The notes under the pieces: model-generated
The model's input: the letters and a program-made list of their open reading frames with translations, nothing else
Told to the model about the DNA's origin: nothing
Databases searched by the model: none
Translations under genes and position numbers: made by a program
From: Propionibacterium ruminifibrarum
GTDB taxonomy: Bacteria; Actinomycetota; Actinomycetes; Propionibacteriales; Propionibacteriaceae
DNA: 32,000 nt
Direction: 5' to 3'
NCBI RefSeq assembly: GCF_900289195.1
Contig: NZ_OMOH01000002.1
Coordinates: 91,206 to 123,205 of the forward strand
Shown: positions 9,883 to 17,783 of the stretch, one piece after another
Layout: every line of letters begins with the position of its first letter
Numbering within the stretch: position 1 is the first letter of the stretch

Positions 9883-12390
9883 TCATGTTCCGGGGACGAT
9901 GCTCACCATGCGCGGCAGTTTGGTGATCGTCTTGCGGATCGGGCGTCCGTTCAGCGCCCGCTGGACGTTGGGATCGGCCAGGGCCATCTCGAGGGCGGCG
10001 TCCTCGGTGATGTCGGGGCTGACCTGCAGCTTGGCGCGGACCTTGCCCTGCACCTGGACGACCATCGTCGTCTCGTCGGCGACGAGCAGGGCGTCCTCGG
10101 CCGTCGGCCAGGTGGAGTTGGCGATGGACGGGGCGCCGCCGAGCAGTTCCCACATCTCCTCTGCGACGTACGGGGCGAACAGGCTCAGGGCCTGGGCGGT
10201 GAACTCGACCGCCTCGCGCACGGCCGGGTCGGCTGCGCCGACGGTGGTGTCGATGGCCTTGCGGGTCGCGTTGACCAGTTCCATGACGCGGGCGACCGCA
10301 ACGTTGAACCGGCCGCCGGCGACCAGCTCGGTGATCTCGGCGATGGCCCTGTGGGTGACCTTGCGCAGCTGCTTGTCGCCGGCCGACGGGTCGGCACCGT
10401 GTGGCGCCCTGACGTCCTGGGCGAGCCGGTGGGCGCGCTGCAGGAAGCGCAGCGAGCTGGCCGGGGAGAGGTCGGCCCAGTCGATGTCGTCGGCGGGCGG
10501 GCCGGCGAAGACGACGGTGAGGCGCACCGCGTCGACGCCGTACTCGTCGAGCTGGGCGCCGAGGTCGACGCCGTTGCCGAGCGACTTGCTCATGGCCTTG
10601 CCCTTGTTGATGACCTGCCCCTGGTTGAGCAGGCGGGTGAAGGGCTCGTCGAAGTCGAGCAGGCCCAGGTCGCGCAGCACCTTGGTGAAGAAGCGGGCGT
10701 ACAGCAGGTGCATCGTGGCGTGCTCGACACCCCCGACGTACTGGTCGACCGGCGACCAGAGCCTCACCTGCTCGGGACGGAAGGCGCCCTCGGCGTACTG
10801 GGGCGAGCAGTAGCGGAAGAAGTACCAGGACGAGTCGACGAAGGTGTCCATGGTGTCGGTGTCGCGTTCGGCGTCACCGCCGCACCGGGGGCAGGGCACC
10901 TGCTTCCACTCGGTGGCGGCGGCCAGGGGCGAGACGCCCTTGGGGGCCAGGGCCTCACCGCGCAGATCGGGCAGGCGGACCGGCAGCTGGTCCTCGGGGA
11001 CGGGGACCTCGCCGCAGTCGGGGCAGTGGATGATGGGGATCGGGCAGCCCCAGAAGCGCTGGCGGCTGAGCAGCCAGTCGCGCAGGCGGTAGGTGACGGC
11101 GGACTCGCCCGTGCCGTCGGCCTCGAGCTTGGCGATGATGCGCTCCTTGGCCGAGGCCACGTCGGACAGGCCGTCGAGCAGTGCGGAGTTCACGTAGTCG
11201 CCGTCGCCGGTGGTGGCGATGCCGGAGGAGGCCGGGTCGGGTTCGCCGGTGTCGATGACCATGCGAACCGGCAGCCCGTAGGTGCGGGCGAAGTCGAGGT
11301 CGCGCTGGTCGTGGGCAGGCACGGCCATGATGGCGCCCGAGCCGTACTCGGACAGCACGTAGTCGCCGGACCAGACCGGGATCCGTTCACCGTTGACGGG
11401 GTTGATGGCGCTGACCCCGAGCGGGACGCCGGTCTTGACGTGCTCGGTGGACTGGCGCTCGATGTCGTTGGTCTTCTTGACCTTCTCGAGGTACGCCTCG
11501 AAGGCGGGGCGGCACTCGTCGGAGACGATCTCGTCGGCCAGCGGGGCGTCCGGCGCGACGACCATGAAGCTGGCGCCGTAGAGGGTGTCGGGGCGGGTGG
11601 TGAAGACGGTGACCGGTTCGTCTCGGCCCTCGATCGCGAACTGCACCCAGGCCCCCTCGGAGCGGCCGATCCAGTTGCGCTGCATCGCGAGCACCCGGTC
11701 GGGCCACTTGCCCTCGAGCTGGCTCATGTCGTCGAGCAGTTCCTGGGCGTAGTCGGTGATGCGGAAGTACCACTGGTTGAGTTCGCGCTTGGTGACGACC
11801 GAGCCGCAGCGGTCGCACAGTCCCTCCTTCACCTGCTCGTTGGCGAGCACGGTCTGATCGGTCGGGCACCAGTTGACGTAGCCGTCCTTGCGGTAGGCCA
11901 GCCCCTTGTCGAAGAACTGCAGGAACAGCCACTGGGTCCAGCGGTAGTACTCCTCGTCGCAGGTGTGGAGCTCTCGGCTCCAGTCCAGGCTCAGCCCGTA
12001 ACGTTTGAAGGACTTCTTCTGCGTCTCGATGTTCGCATAGGTCCACCGCGCAGGATGCTCGTCATTGCGGATGGCCGCGTTCTCCGCGGGCAGCCCGAAG
12101 GCGTCCCAGCCGATCGGGTGCATGACGTTGTAGCCCTGCATGCGCCAGATGCGGGCGAGCACGTCACCCATCGCGTAGGCCTCGGCGTGCCCCATGTGGA
12201 GGTCGCCGGAGGGGTACGGGAACATGTCGAGCACGTAACGACGCTCGCGGGGGTCGTCGTCGTGGGCGACGAAGGTCTCGTCCTCGGCCCAGAACCGTTG
12301 CCACTTCGCCTCGGCAGCGGCGGCGTCGTAGCCGCTGTAGTCGGCGCGCGGCCGGCCCGCGTCCTGGCTCGTGTCCTCCACCTGACTCAC
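9883..12390 (-). CDS. leuS: Leucine--tRNA ligase
   Basis: 835 aa with HIGH-type [15 protein letters not shown], the KMSKS variant [10 protein letters not shown], and a CP1 editing region. The GTG start at 12390 is preceded by aggagg 8 nt upstream. Confidence 0.97.
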   Translation of the reverse strand: MSQVEDTSQDAGRPRADYSGYDAAAAEAKWQRFWAEDETFVAHDDDPRERRYVLDMFPYPSGDLHMGHAEAYAMGDVLARIWRMQGYNVMHPIGWDAFGLPAENAAIRNDEHPARWTYANIETQKKSFKRYGLSLDWSRELHTCDEEYYRWTQWLFLQFFDKGLAYRKDGYVNWCPTDQTVLANEQVKEGLCDRCGSVVTKRELNQWYFRITDYAQELLDDMSQLEGKWPDRVLAMQRNWIGRSEGAWVQFAIEGRDEPVTVFTTRPDTLYGASFMVVAPDAPLADEIVSDECRPAFEAYLEKVKKTNDIERQSTEHVKTGVPLGVSAINPVNGERIPVWSGDYVLSEYGSGAIMAVPAHDQRDLDFARTYGLPVRMVIDTGEPDPASSGIATTGDGDYVNSALLDGLSDVASAKERIIAKLEADGTGESAVTYRLRDWLLSRQRFWGCPIPIIHCPDCGEVPVPEDQLPVRLPDLRGEALAPKGVSPLAAATEWKQVPCPRCGGDAERDTDTMDTFVDSSWYFFRYCSPQYAEGAFRPEQVRLWSPVDQYVGGVEHATMHLLYARFFTKVLRDLGLLDFDEPFTRLLNQGQVINKGKAMSKSLGNGVDLGAQLDEYGVDAVRLTVVFAGPPADDIDWADLSPASSLRFLQRAHRLAQDVRAPHGADPSAGDKQLRKVTHRAIAEITELVAGGRFNVAVARVMELVNATRKAIDTTVGAADPAVREAVEFTAQALSLFAPYVAEEMWELLGGAPSIANSTWPTAEDALLVADETTMVVQVQGKVRAKLQVSPDITEDAALEMALADPNVQRALNGRPIRKTITKLPRMVSIVPGT

Positions 12391-12454
12391 TTCGAGCGCC
12401 TCCTGTGCCTCGTGTCCGGACTTCGTCGGGTACCGGTCATGGTGACGCCGACAG

Positions 12455-12488
12455 ACAAAAACCCCTGTACCCGATGGGGCATCAGGGG
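12455..12488 (-). terminator. Intrinsic-terminator-like hairpin with a U5 tract inside the leuS 5' leader
   Basis: The minus strand reads cccctg-aug-ccc-cauc-ggg-ua-cagggg followed by UUUUUGU. On the plus strand, cccctg at 12462-12467 pairs with cagggg at 12483-12488, and aaaaa lies at 12457-12461. The tract ends 66 nt upstream of the leuS GTG and begins about 240 nt downstream of the DUF4192 gene stop. Confidence 0.5.
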
Positions 12489-12728
12489 CGCTACGACAAC
12501 CGACCGGTCAGGTGTCGCCGTGGCGCCCCCGGGCCGGCGGCCGCAGCTGGCCGAGCAGCGCAGCACAACCGTGCATGGGCACAGCATATCGCTCGCCCCT
12601 TACGGGGGGGCAGTGCGCGTCCGGCGGCTGATGGCTCGCCGGATCCCACCGGCCGAACCCGGCCGACACGGCGGCCCGGGACGGCAGGACCAGAGTCGGA
12701 ACCGGCACGCCCGAGGACGGCGCACCCG

Positions 12729-13661
12729 TCACGCCGCGTCGGACGCGGCCGGGGGGCGGCGGGTCCGCAGACCGCCGAGGATGAGGAGCAGCCCCGAGGC
12801 GGGGTCGATCGCCTCGAGACGAGCGATGACCTCGCTGAGCAGCGCTCCCCCGCCACGGCGCCACGCCGCGACTCCGAGCAGGCCGAGCACGGCAGGGGCC
12901 CAGGGGTCCGGGGCGACGGCCACGGCATCGGCCCACAGCTGCTCGTACGCGGCCGGGTCTCCCCGACCGAGACTCGTCCTGACCATGACGTGGTGGTTCG
13001 CCCGGCCGGACACGAGCACGCACAACCGTCGCAGCCGCTCGGTGTCCAGGCGTCGGCCCTTTTCGATGGCCTCGTCGAGGCACTGCTCGACGAACACCTG
13101 CTGGCGGCCGGGCTCCCAGCCCAGGCACTCGCAGGCCCTGTCCCAGGCGTCCGCCTCCTCGGCCCCGAGCGCGCCCGGCCCCGCGACCATGGCGACGATC
13201 TCGTCACGGCTGGCATGGGCCGACAGCCCCGAGGCGATCGCCTGGGCGACGACCGGTGAGGTGTCCGGGGCGAAGGCGTGCCCCGGACTGAGGGCCGGCA
13301 CGTCGCCCGCACCGATGTCCCAGAACTGGTCACCGGCCACCACGAGGCAGCTGAGCATCTCACCGGGACGCAGCTGTTCGCGGGCCGCCATGACGACCGC
13401 ATCGGCCCACTCGGGCGGGCCGTAGCCGACGACGATGAACTCGGCGCCGGGGTTGGCGGCACGCATGGACTCGATGATGGGCGCCAGGGAGCCGGGTTCT
13501 TCGCACAGGGCGCGGCTGATGCACGAGGACTGCGTGATGACCCCGCCGCAGCAGGCCATGACGAGCAGTGCCTCGTCGGGCCGGTAGCCGATCAGGTAGG
13601 GGATGAGTGCGAGCAGGTCGGCCCGCGATCCAACGGTGAAGCGCTGAGGAATGGTCGTCAT
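12729..13661 (-). CDS. DUF4192-family protein (actinobacterial, function unknown)
   Basis: 310-aa ORF with host-like codon bias. Its N-terminus VGSRADLLALIPYLIGYRPDEALLVMAC matches my memory of the DUF4192 N-terminal consensus. Not verified by HMM. Confidence 0.62.
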   Translation of the reverse strand: MTTIPQRFTVGSRADLLALIPYLIGYRPDEALLVMACCGGVITQSSCISRALCEEPGSLAPIIESMRAANPGAEFIVVGYGPPEWADAVVMAAREQLRPGEMLSCLVVAGDQFWDIGAGDVPALSPGHAFAPDTSPVVAQAIASGLSAHASRDEIVAMVAGPGALGAEEADAWDRACECLGWEPGRQQVFVEQCLDEAIEKGRRLDTERLRRLCVLVSGRANHHVMVRTSLGRGDPAAYEQLWADAVAVAPDPWAPAVLGLLGVAAWRRGGGALLSEVIARLEAIDPASGLLLILGGLRTRRPPAASDAA

Positions 13662-13809
13662 GGCCCGACTGTGCGCATCCTCGGCGGGTTTTCTCGCCTC
13701 GCCCCGTCTCTGTGGACAACCAGCGCCCGGACAGCCATGTCCGGTCCGTGTCCGGGCCCGGTGAGCATCTGCGGGCCCGGTCGACCGGCTGACCTAGGCT
13801 TGGGTCATC

Positions 13810-14610
13810 ATGAGCGAGCAGAACAGCGGAGGCACCCGTCCCGGCGCGAACCCGGATTCGCCGGGTTCTGACATCGGGGCCGGGGGCTCGACACCTCCCC
13901 CGCCGGCCCCACCCCCTGGACAGGTTGGCTGGGCTCCGGGAGCCGAACTGCCCGGTTTCGACGAGGTCGCGGGCGAGAACACCCCACGGCCCGGACCCCA
14001 GGCGCATCCCTATGGTGACCGGGGCAGCGGTGCGACGAGCAACCCCGCGCCGCCGAGGTCCCCGCAGGACCGGGCCGAGCGCCCCTCCGCATGCCTCGCG
14101 CCGAGCGACGAGATCGCACAGTACGCGGTGCGACGCAGCCGTGGTCCGGTCATCGCCATCGTTGGCCTGGTCATCGTGATCCTCGTGACCATGGCCGCCT
14201 TCGCCCTGCGCAGGCCGGCCCGGAGCCAGGATGAGCAGAGCGCCTCACCGACTCCCTCCAGCGCAACGAGCAGCCCGGGTTCCTCGGTGAGTGTCGTGGG
14301 CGCCATCCCCGTCGAGACCGAGTCCTTCTCAGGCAGCTGGCAGATCAACAGCGCGGACTGGGACGCGACCGGGCTGACGATCGACATGACGATCACGAGC
14401 ACCAGCGGATCGCTGTCGTTCACCATGTTCACCATCGACAACGTCAACACCGGCCAGGTCGAGGGCACCGGGGAGATGGCCTCCGGCACCGTCGACGACG
14501 GTCAGACGATGCAGGGCACGGTGCACTTCGACAAGGACCGCAACGACACGACCATCGTCCTGGCGAACGCCGGCGGGCGACAGATCACGGCCCTGACCGT
14601 GCCCGCCTGA
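13810..14610 (+). CDS. Hypothetical single-pass membrane protein (Pro-rich N-terminus, TM, Ser/Thr linker, C-terminal beta-rich domain)
   Basis: 266 aa with TM segment VIAIVGLVIVILVTMAAFAL. The C-terminal part (about 110 aa) is WQINSADWDATGLTIDMTITSTSGSLSFTMFTIDNVNTGQVEG...VHFDKDRNDTTIVLAN, which looks like a small extracytoplasmic beta-sandwich. No family recognised. The start is uncertain. Confidence 0.55.
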   Translation: MSEQNSGGTRPGANPDSPGSDIGAGGSTPPPPAPPPGQVGWAPGAELPGFDEVAGENTPRPGPQAHPYGDRGSGATSNPAPPRSPQDRAERPSACLAPSDEIAQYAVRRSRGPVIAIVGLVIVILVTMAAFALRRPARSQDEQSASPTPSSATSSPGSSVSVVGAIPVETESFSGSWQINSADWDATGLTIDMTITSTSGSLSFTMFTIDNVNTGQVEGTGEMASGTVDDGQTMQGTVHFDKDRNDTTIVLANAGGRQITALTVPA

Positions 14611-14640
14611 GCCCGGTGCGCCCGGCCGGGAGCCTCGATT

Positions 14641-14668
14641 TTGCTTCCCCGGTGCGGTGCGCTAATGT
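14641..14668 (+). promoter_or_regulatory. Candidate promoter for tRNA-Ala (TTGCTT-N16-TAATGT)
   Basis: ttgctt at 14641-14646 and taatgt at 14663-14668, about 40 nt upstream of the tRNA 5' end. Pattern match only. Confidence 0.45.
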
Positions 14669-14709
14669 GTGTCGAGCCGCCGCGGCCAGCCGGCCCGGTG
14701 GTCCCACTC

Positions 14710-14785
14710 GGGGCTATGGCGCAGTTGGTAGCGCGCTTCCATGGCATGGAAGAGGTCAGGGGTTCGAATCCCCTTAGCTCCACCA
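14710..14785 (+). tRNA. tRNA-Ala (anticodon GGC), CCA encoded
   Basis: Folded by hand: acceptor GGGGCUA/UAGCUCC with the G3:U70 alanine identity pair, D stem GCGC/GCGC, anticodon stem CUUCC/GGAAG with loop AU-GGC-AU, a 5-nt variable loop, T stem AGGGG/CCCCU with loop UUCGAAU, discriminator A, then CCA (14783-14785). Confidence 0.95.
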
Positions 14786-15095
14786 CAGATTCCTGTTCGG
14801 TCTCGCCGCTCTTGAGCAGAGTGCGTGCTTTCCGACCGGACGTACCGGGGTGACACCAGCAGATACCGGGATGATCTGCCTCGCCGTGTACCCGTGGACG
14901 CCGATCATCAGCCGCAGGCGGCCCTCGACGGGGCTCACATCTGCACGGAAGGGGCTGCGGATCGAGCCGCCGGAAGCCGGGGACGCCCACCTGAGAGGTA
15001 TCATGAGTGGCCATGCGGACGTCGTCCCGGCATGGATCTGGGACACGTCCAGTTCTCCGAAGACCGGATCGCAATCATGAGGCAGCGAAAGCATT

Positions 15096-15803
15096 ATGTT
15101 CGTCGATGACGTTTTCATTGATTGGGACAGGATCGACGACGGCAGTTATCTGCGCGAAATAGCCGCCATCCGCGATGTGGGGCAGATATCCTTCGGCAGT
15201 CCGGTCACCTTCTTCGTGGGTGAAAACGGCAGCGGCAAGTCGACCCTGCTGGAGGCAATGGCGATCGTCGCTGGATTCAACCCGGAAGGCGGCACCAGGA
15301 ATTATTCATTCGCCACATACGATTCGCACTCGGAGTTGTGCAATGCCATGCGCTTGTCGCACCGGCAGAGGGCGAAATGGGGTTATTTCCTCAGGGCGGA
15401 GAGCTTCTACAACGTTGCGACGAAGGAGGAGGAATACGGAAGAGAACCGGGGGGATATTCCCTGCGTCTCCACGAGAAATCCCACGGAGAAGGTTTCTTG
15501 ACGATAGTCCAGAACAACTTCACGGGCAACGGACTGTATTTCCTGGACGAACCCGAGTCGGCATTGTCCCCGCAACGACAGCTCACTCTGCTGTGCGAAA
15601 TCGATCGATGCCGAAGAGCGGGAGCCCAGTTCTTCATCGTGACGCATTCCCCCATCCTGCTCGGCCTGCCGGAGGCCGAGCTCCTGACATTCGATGACGG
15701 CGCGATTCATCCGTGCGCGTACGAGGATACCGACAGCTATCAGATCACCTCCATGTTTGTCAATGCTCGCGAGCAGGTCCTGAGGCGGTTACTGGAGGAA
15801 TAG
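15096..15803 (+). CDS. Stand-alone ABC/SMC-type (AAA_21/COG3910-like) ATPase
   Basis: 235 aa with Walker A GENGSGKST, a signature-like ALSPQRQ, Walker B LYFLDEPES and H-loop IVTHSP. There is no TM, nuclease or other fused domain. Codon usage looks foreign. The family name is from memory, not from a search. Confidence 0.8.
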   Translation: MFVDDVFIDWDRIDDGSYLREIAAIRDVGQISFGSPVTFFVGENGSGKSTLLEAMAIVAGFNPEGGTRNYSFATYDSHSELCNAMRLSHRQRAKWGYFLRAESFYNVATKEEEYGREPGGYSLRLHEKSHGEGFLTIVQNNFTGNGLYFLDEPESALSPQRQLTLLCEIDRCRRAGAQFFIVTHSPILLGLPEAELLTFDDGAIHPCAYEDTDSYQITSMFVNAREQVLRRLLEE

Positions 15804-16010
15804 CCGGAGGACTCGGTGCCACCCGTCGTCTGACCTCGGCCGCCCCAGCCCTGACTGGTACGGATGCCATACTCATGGCGAATGCTCCGGCGCTCTTGGG
15901 CCCGACGTCGACCCCGGCTCCTGACATCCTCGGGAGCACCCCCAGCGGCATGCATCCGGGGTTGCCCGACCAGAATGGACGGCCTGCGAGTTCGTCCGGG
16001 GCTTCACGGC

Positions 16011-16517
16011 TCAGTCGCCGCGCTCCTGCTCGCGTTTGCGGCGGTAGTTCTCGCGGCGGCGTGCGTTGCGCTGTTGGCGTTTGAGTTCGGCCTCGTAGCC
16101 CTTGCGCAGCCAGTCCGGGATGAACTCATCATCACGCGGATACAGATCCAGCTCAATCCAGCAATCCCGCGGCCCTGGCGGGCCACCATCAGGCTCAGCG
16201 AAGATCGGCTCACGCAGCCAGTCACACTCCTGATGCAGCACCCGGTCGGCGGCAGCCATCCACAACCGACACCACGTCCACGCACCCCGATCAGGCAACG
16301 CCTGCGCCCTGCGAAGATCCCCCTGAGGGGAACCCAGCTCCCACGGGATCCTCGCCCATTCCTTGACGCCGTCACGCATGAGCCAGGCGATGTTGTCCTG
16401 TACGCGTCCAATGCCGTTGACTTCTATGTGAGCACTGTCCGCACCGGTCGCGTCCAACCAAACCCGGAACTCACGTTCCACACGCTCCCACAGCTCATCC
16501 GGGTCGAACCGTCTCAT
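16011..16517 (-). CDS. Hypothetical Trp-rich protein with a basic C-terminal tail (orphan)
   Basis: 168 aa with 12 Trp residues and the tail KRQQRNARRRENYRRKREQERGD. gaggag/gagga Shine-Dalgarno-like sequences lie just upstream of the ATG at 16517. Third-position usage is mixed, unlike core genes. It is convergent with the ATPase gene. No family recognised. Confidence 0.55.
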   Translation of the reverse strand: MRRFDPDELWERVEREFRVWLDATGADSAHIEVNGIGRVQDNIAWLMRDGVKEWARIPWELGSPQGDLRRAQALPDRGAWTWCRLWMAAADRVLHQECDWLREPIFAEPDGGPPGPRDCWIELDLYPRDDEFIPDWLRKGYEAELKRQQRNARRRENYRRKREQERGD

Positions 16518-16925
16518 TCCTCACGCTCCTCACCGCGAATGTATTCAAGGCTTCATGCCATGGAAATCACGAAACTGCGGCACTCCATTCCACCACCCAC
16601 GCAACCGCGAGCCGAGTTGGCACCCGACCCATTAGGTTCACGTCGCTGAGGCGGGTGACCGGGTCGGCGTTTGAGGACGTCTTCATCGAACTCTGATGCG
16701 GCAACAATGAAGCGCTCCTCGGTGATGGTATCGCCGAGGCCATGGCCGCCACACGCTCCGGCAGATCCGGGGCAATGTACTGCGGCCGGCCAACCCTCAT
16801 GGGTGCCCCTGGCCGGGACGATCAGCTCCTCCTCCCCACCACGAACGTGCTTGCACAAGTGAACTTGCCAACCAGGACGGCACAGCCGGCCACGGCTGCC
16901 GCGAGGACCTTGCCATACTTGGCTG

Positions 16926-17771
16926 GTGAGTGAACGCCCTCCCCTGAGCCGGCTTCGGCTGGCACCGCTGAGACTCGTCCAGTTCGCCGCCATCCAGCTC
17001 GCCTGCTGCGTCTTCCCGATCGCGGTCTTCGTCGGGCTGGCCGCGTCGGTGCTCGTCTGGCAGCGCTTCCAGGTTCCCATGGCTCGTTACGACGCCCTCC
17101 TCGTCTACGTGGTCGTCGTGCAGCTGGTTCTCGTGGCCGTCGGATTCGAGAGCTGGCGCGAGCTGCTGGTGATCTGCGCCTTCCACCTCGTCGGGCTGGC
17201 ACTGGAGGTCTTCAAGGTGCACGTGGGCTCGTGGGTCTACCCGGACGCCGGGATCGTGCGGCTGGGCGGGGTGCCGATCTTCTCCGGCTTCATGTACGCC
17301 TCGGTCGGCTCCTACATCTGCCAGGCCTTCCGGCGTTTCGACCTGTCCGTGGACGGCTTCCGCTGGTGGCCGGTGACCGGGCTGGCGGTCGCCGCCTACG
17401 CGAACTTCTACACCCATCATGCGATTGCCGATCTGCGTTGGGTGATCGCCGCCGGTTTTGTCGTGGTGCTGTGGGGCAGCACGATCCGTTTCACCGTCGG
17501 CGGCGACCGCTACCGGATGCCCACGGCCGTGGCCTTCGTGCTCATCGGGGTCTTCCTGTGGCTGGCCGAGAACGCCGGCACGCTGCTGAACGCCTGGCGC
17601 TACCCGGACCAGCGCGACGGCTGGCACATGGTGCACGTCGGCAAGCTCGGCAGCTGGGCCCTGCTCATCTCGCTCAGCTTCGTGCTGGTCGCCGCCGTGA
17701 AGGCGAAGGAGGGCGTGGTCTACGGGGACGGCGAGGCGAGGGTCACCCGCGAGAGACTCACGAAGGGTTGA
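16926..17771 (+). CDS. Polytopic membrane protein, DUF817-like
   Basis: 281 aa with about 8 hydrophobic segments and host-like GC3. Overall resemblance to DUF817/YoaT-type proteins is from memory. The GTG start at 16926 is uncertain. Confidence 0.62.
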   Translation: MSERPPLSRLRLAPLRLVQFAAIQLACCVFPIAVFVGLAASVLVWQRFQVPMARYDALLVYVVVVQLVLVAVGFESWRELLVICAFHLVGLALEVFKVHVGSWVYPDAGIVRLGGVPIFSGFMYASVGSYICQAFRRFDLSVDGFRWWPVTGLAVAAYANFYTHHAIADLRWVIAAGFVVVLWGSTIRFTVGGDRYRMPTAVAFVLIGVFLWLAENAGTLLNAWRYPDQRDGWHMVHVGKLGSWALLISLSFVLVAAVKAKEGVVYGDGEARVTRERLTKG

Positions 17772-17783
17772 ACAGCGCGGCCC

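Larger units (their letters stand above)
14786..16925. other. Lower-GC, atypical-codon islet between tRNA-Ala and the DUF817 gene (possible decayed integrated element)
   Basis: The first 120 nt of the 15096 CDS contain 65 G+C (54%, hand count). Core samples gave 39/60 and 41/60. Codons such as ATA, AGA, TAT, AAT, AAA and TTG are frequent here and rare elsewhere. The position directly 3' of a tRNA fits an integration site, but no integrase or att repeat was found. Confidence 0.5.

Noticed and set aside
12387-12587. 66-aa minus-strand uORF (MLCPCTVVLRCSASC...) that runs through the leader terminator and ends in TGA overlapping the leuS GTG
   Set aside because: It was attractive as a leader peptide because of the aagggg Shine-Dalgarno-like sequence and the GTGA overlap. 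However, it is not Leu-rich, its codon bias decays after about 25 codons, and the open frame can be explained by GC content. It is treated as part of the leader-region finding rather than called as a gene.
12391-12728. T-box riboswitch upstream of leuS
   Set aside because: I found no match to the conserved T-box core (GGUGGUACCGCG-like) next to the terminator. The nearest resemblance (ggtgggatccggcg, plus strand about 12632-12650) is about 150 nt 5' of the terminator (minus strand) and has insertions. An Infernal scan is needed for a definitive answer.
8236-13425. Giant 1729-aa ORF on the plus strand
   Set aside because: It runs antisense to maeA, pyrC, leuS and the DUF4192 gene. Its translation is low-complexity and G/A/R/V/D-rich with no motifs. 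In a genome with strongly G/C-biased third positions, antisense frames rarely contain stops.
14774-15118. Minus-strand ORFs next to the tRNA (14774..15118 and 14502..15074) as possible integrase remnants
   Set aside because: No tyrosine-recombinase signatures (R...HxxR...Y) or serine-recombinase motifs appear in any frame. One of these ORFs overlaps the tRNA itself. They are probably chance frames.
16589-16596. Possible attR: tccaccac matching the tRNA-Ala 3' end
   Set aside because: The identity is only 8 nt and is expected by chance. No longer direct repeat of the tRNA 3' half was seen between 14786 and about 18100.
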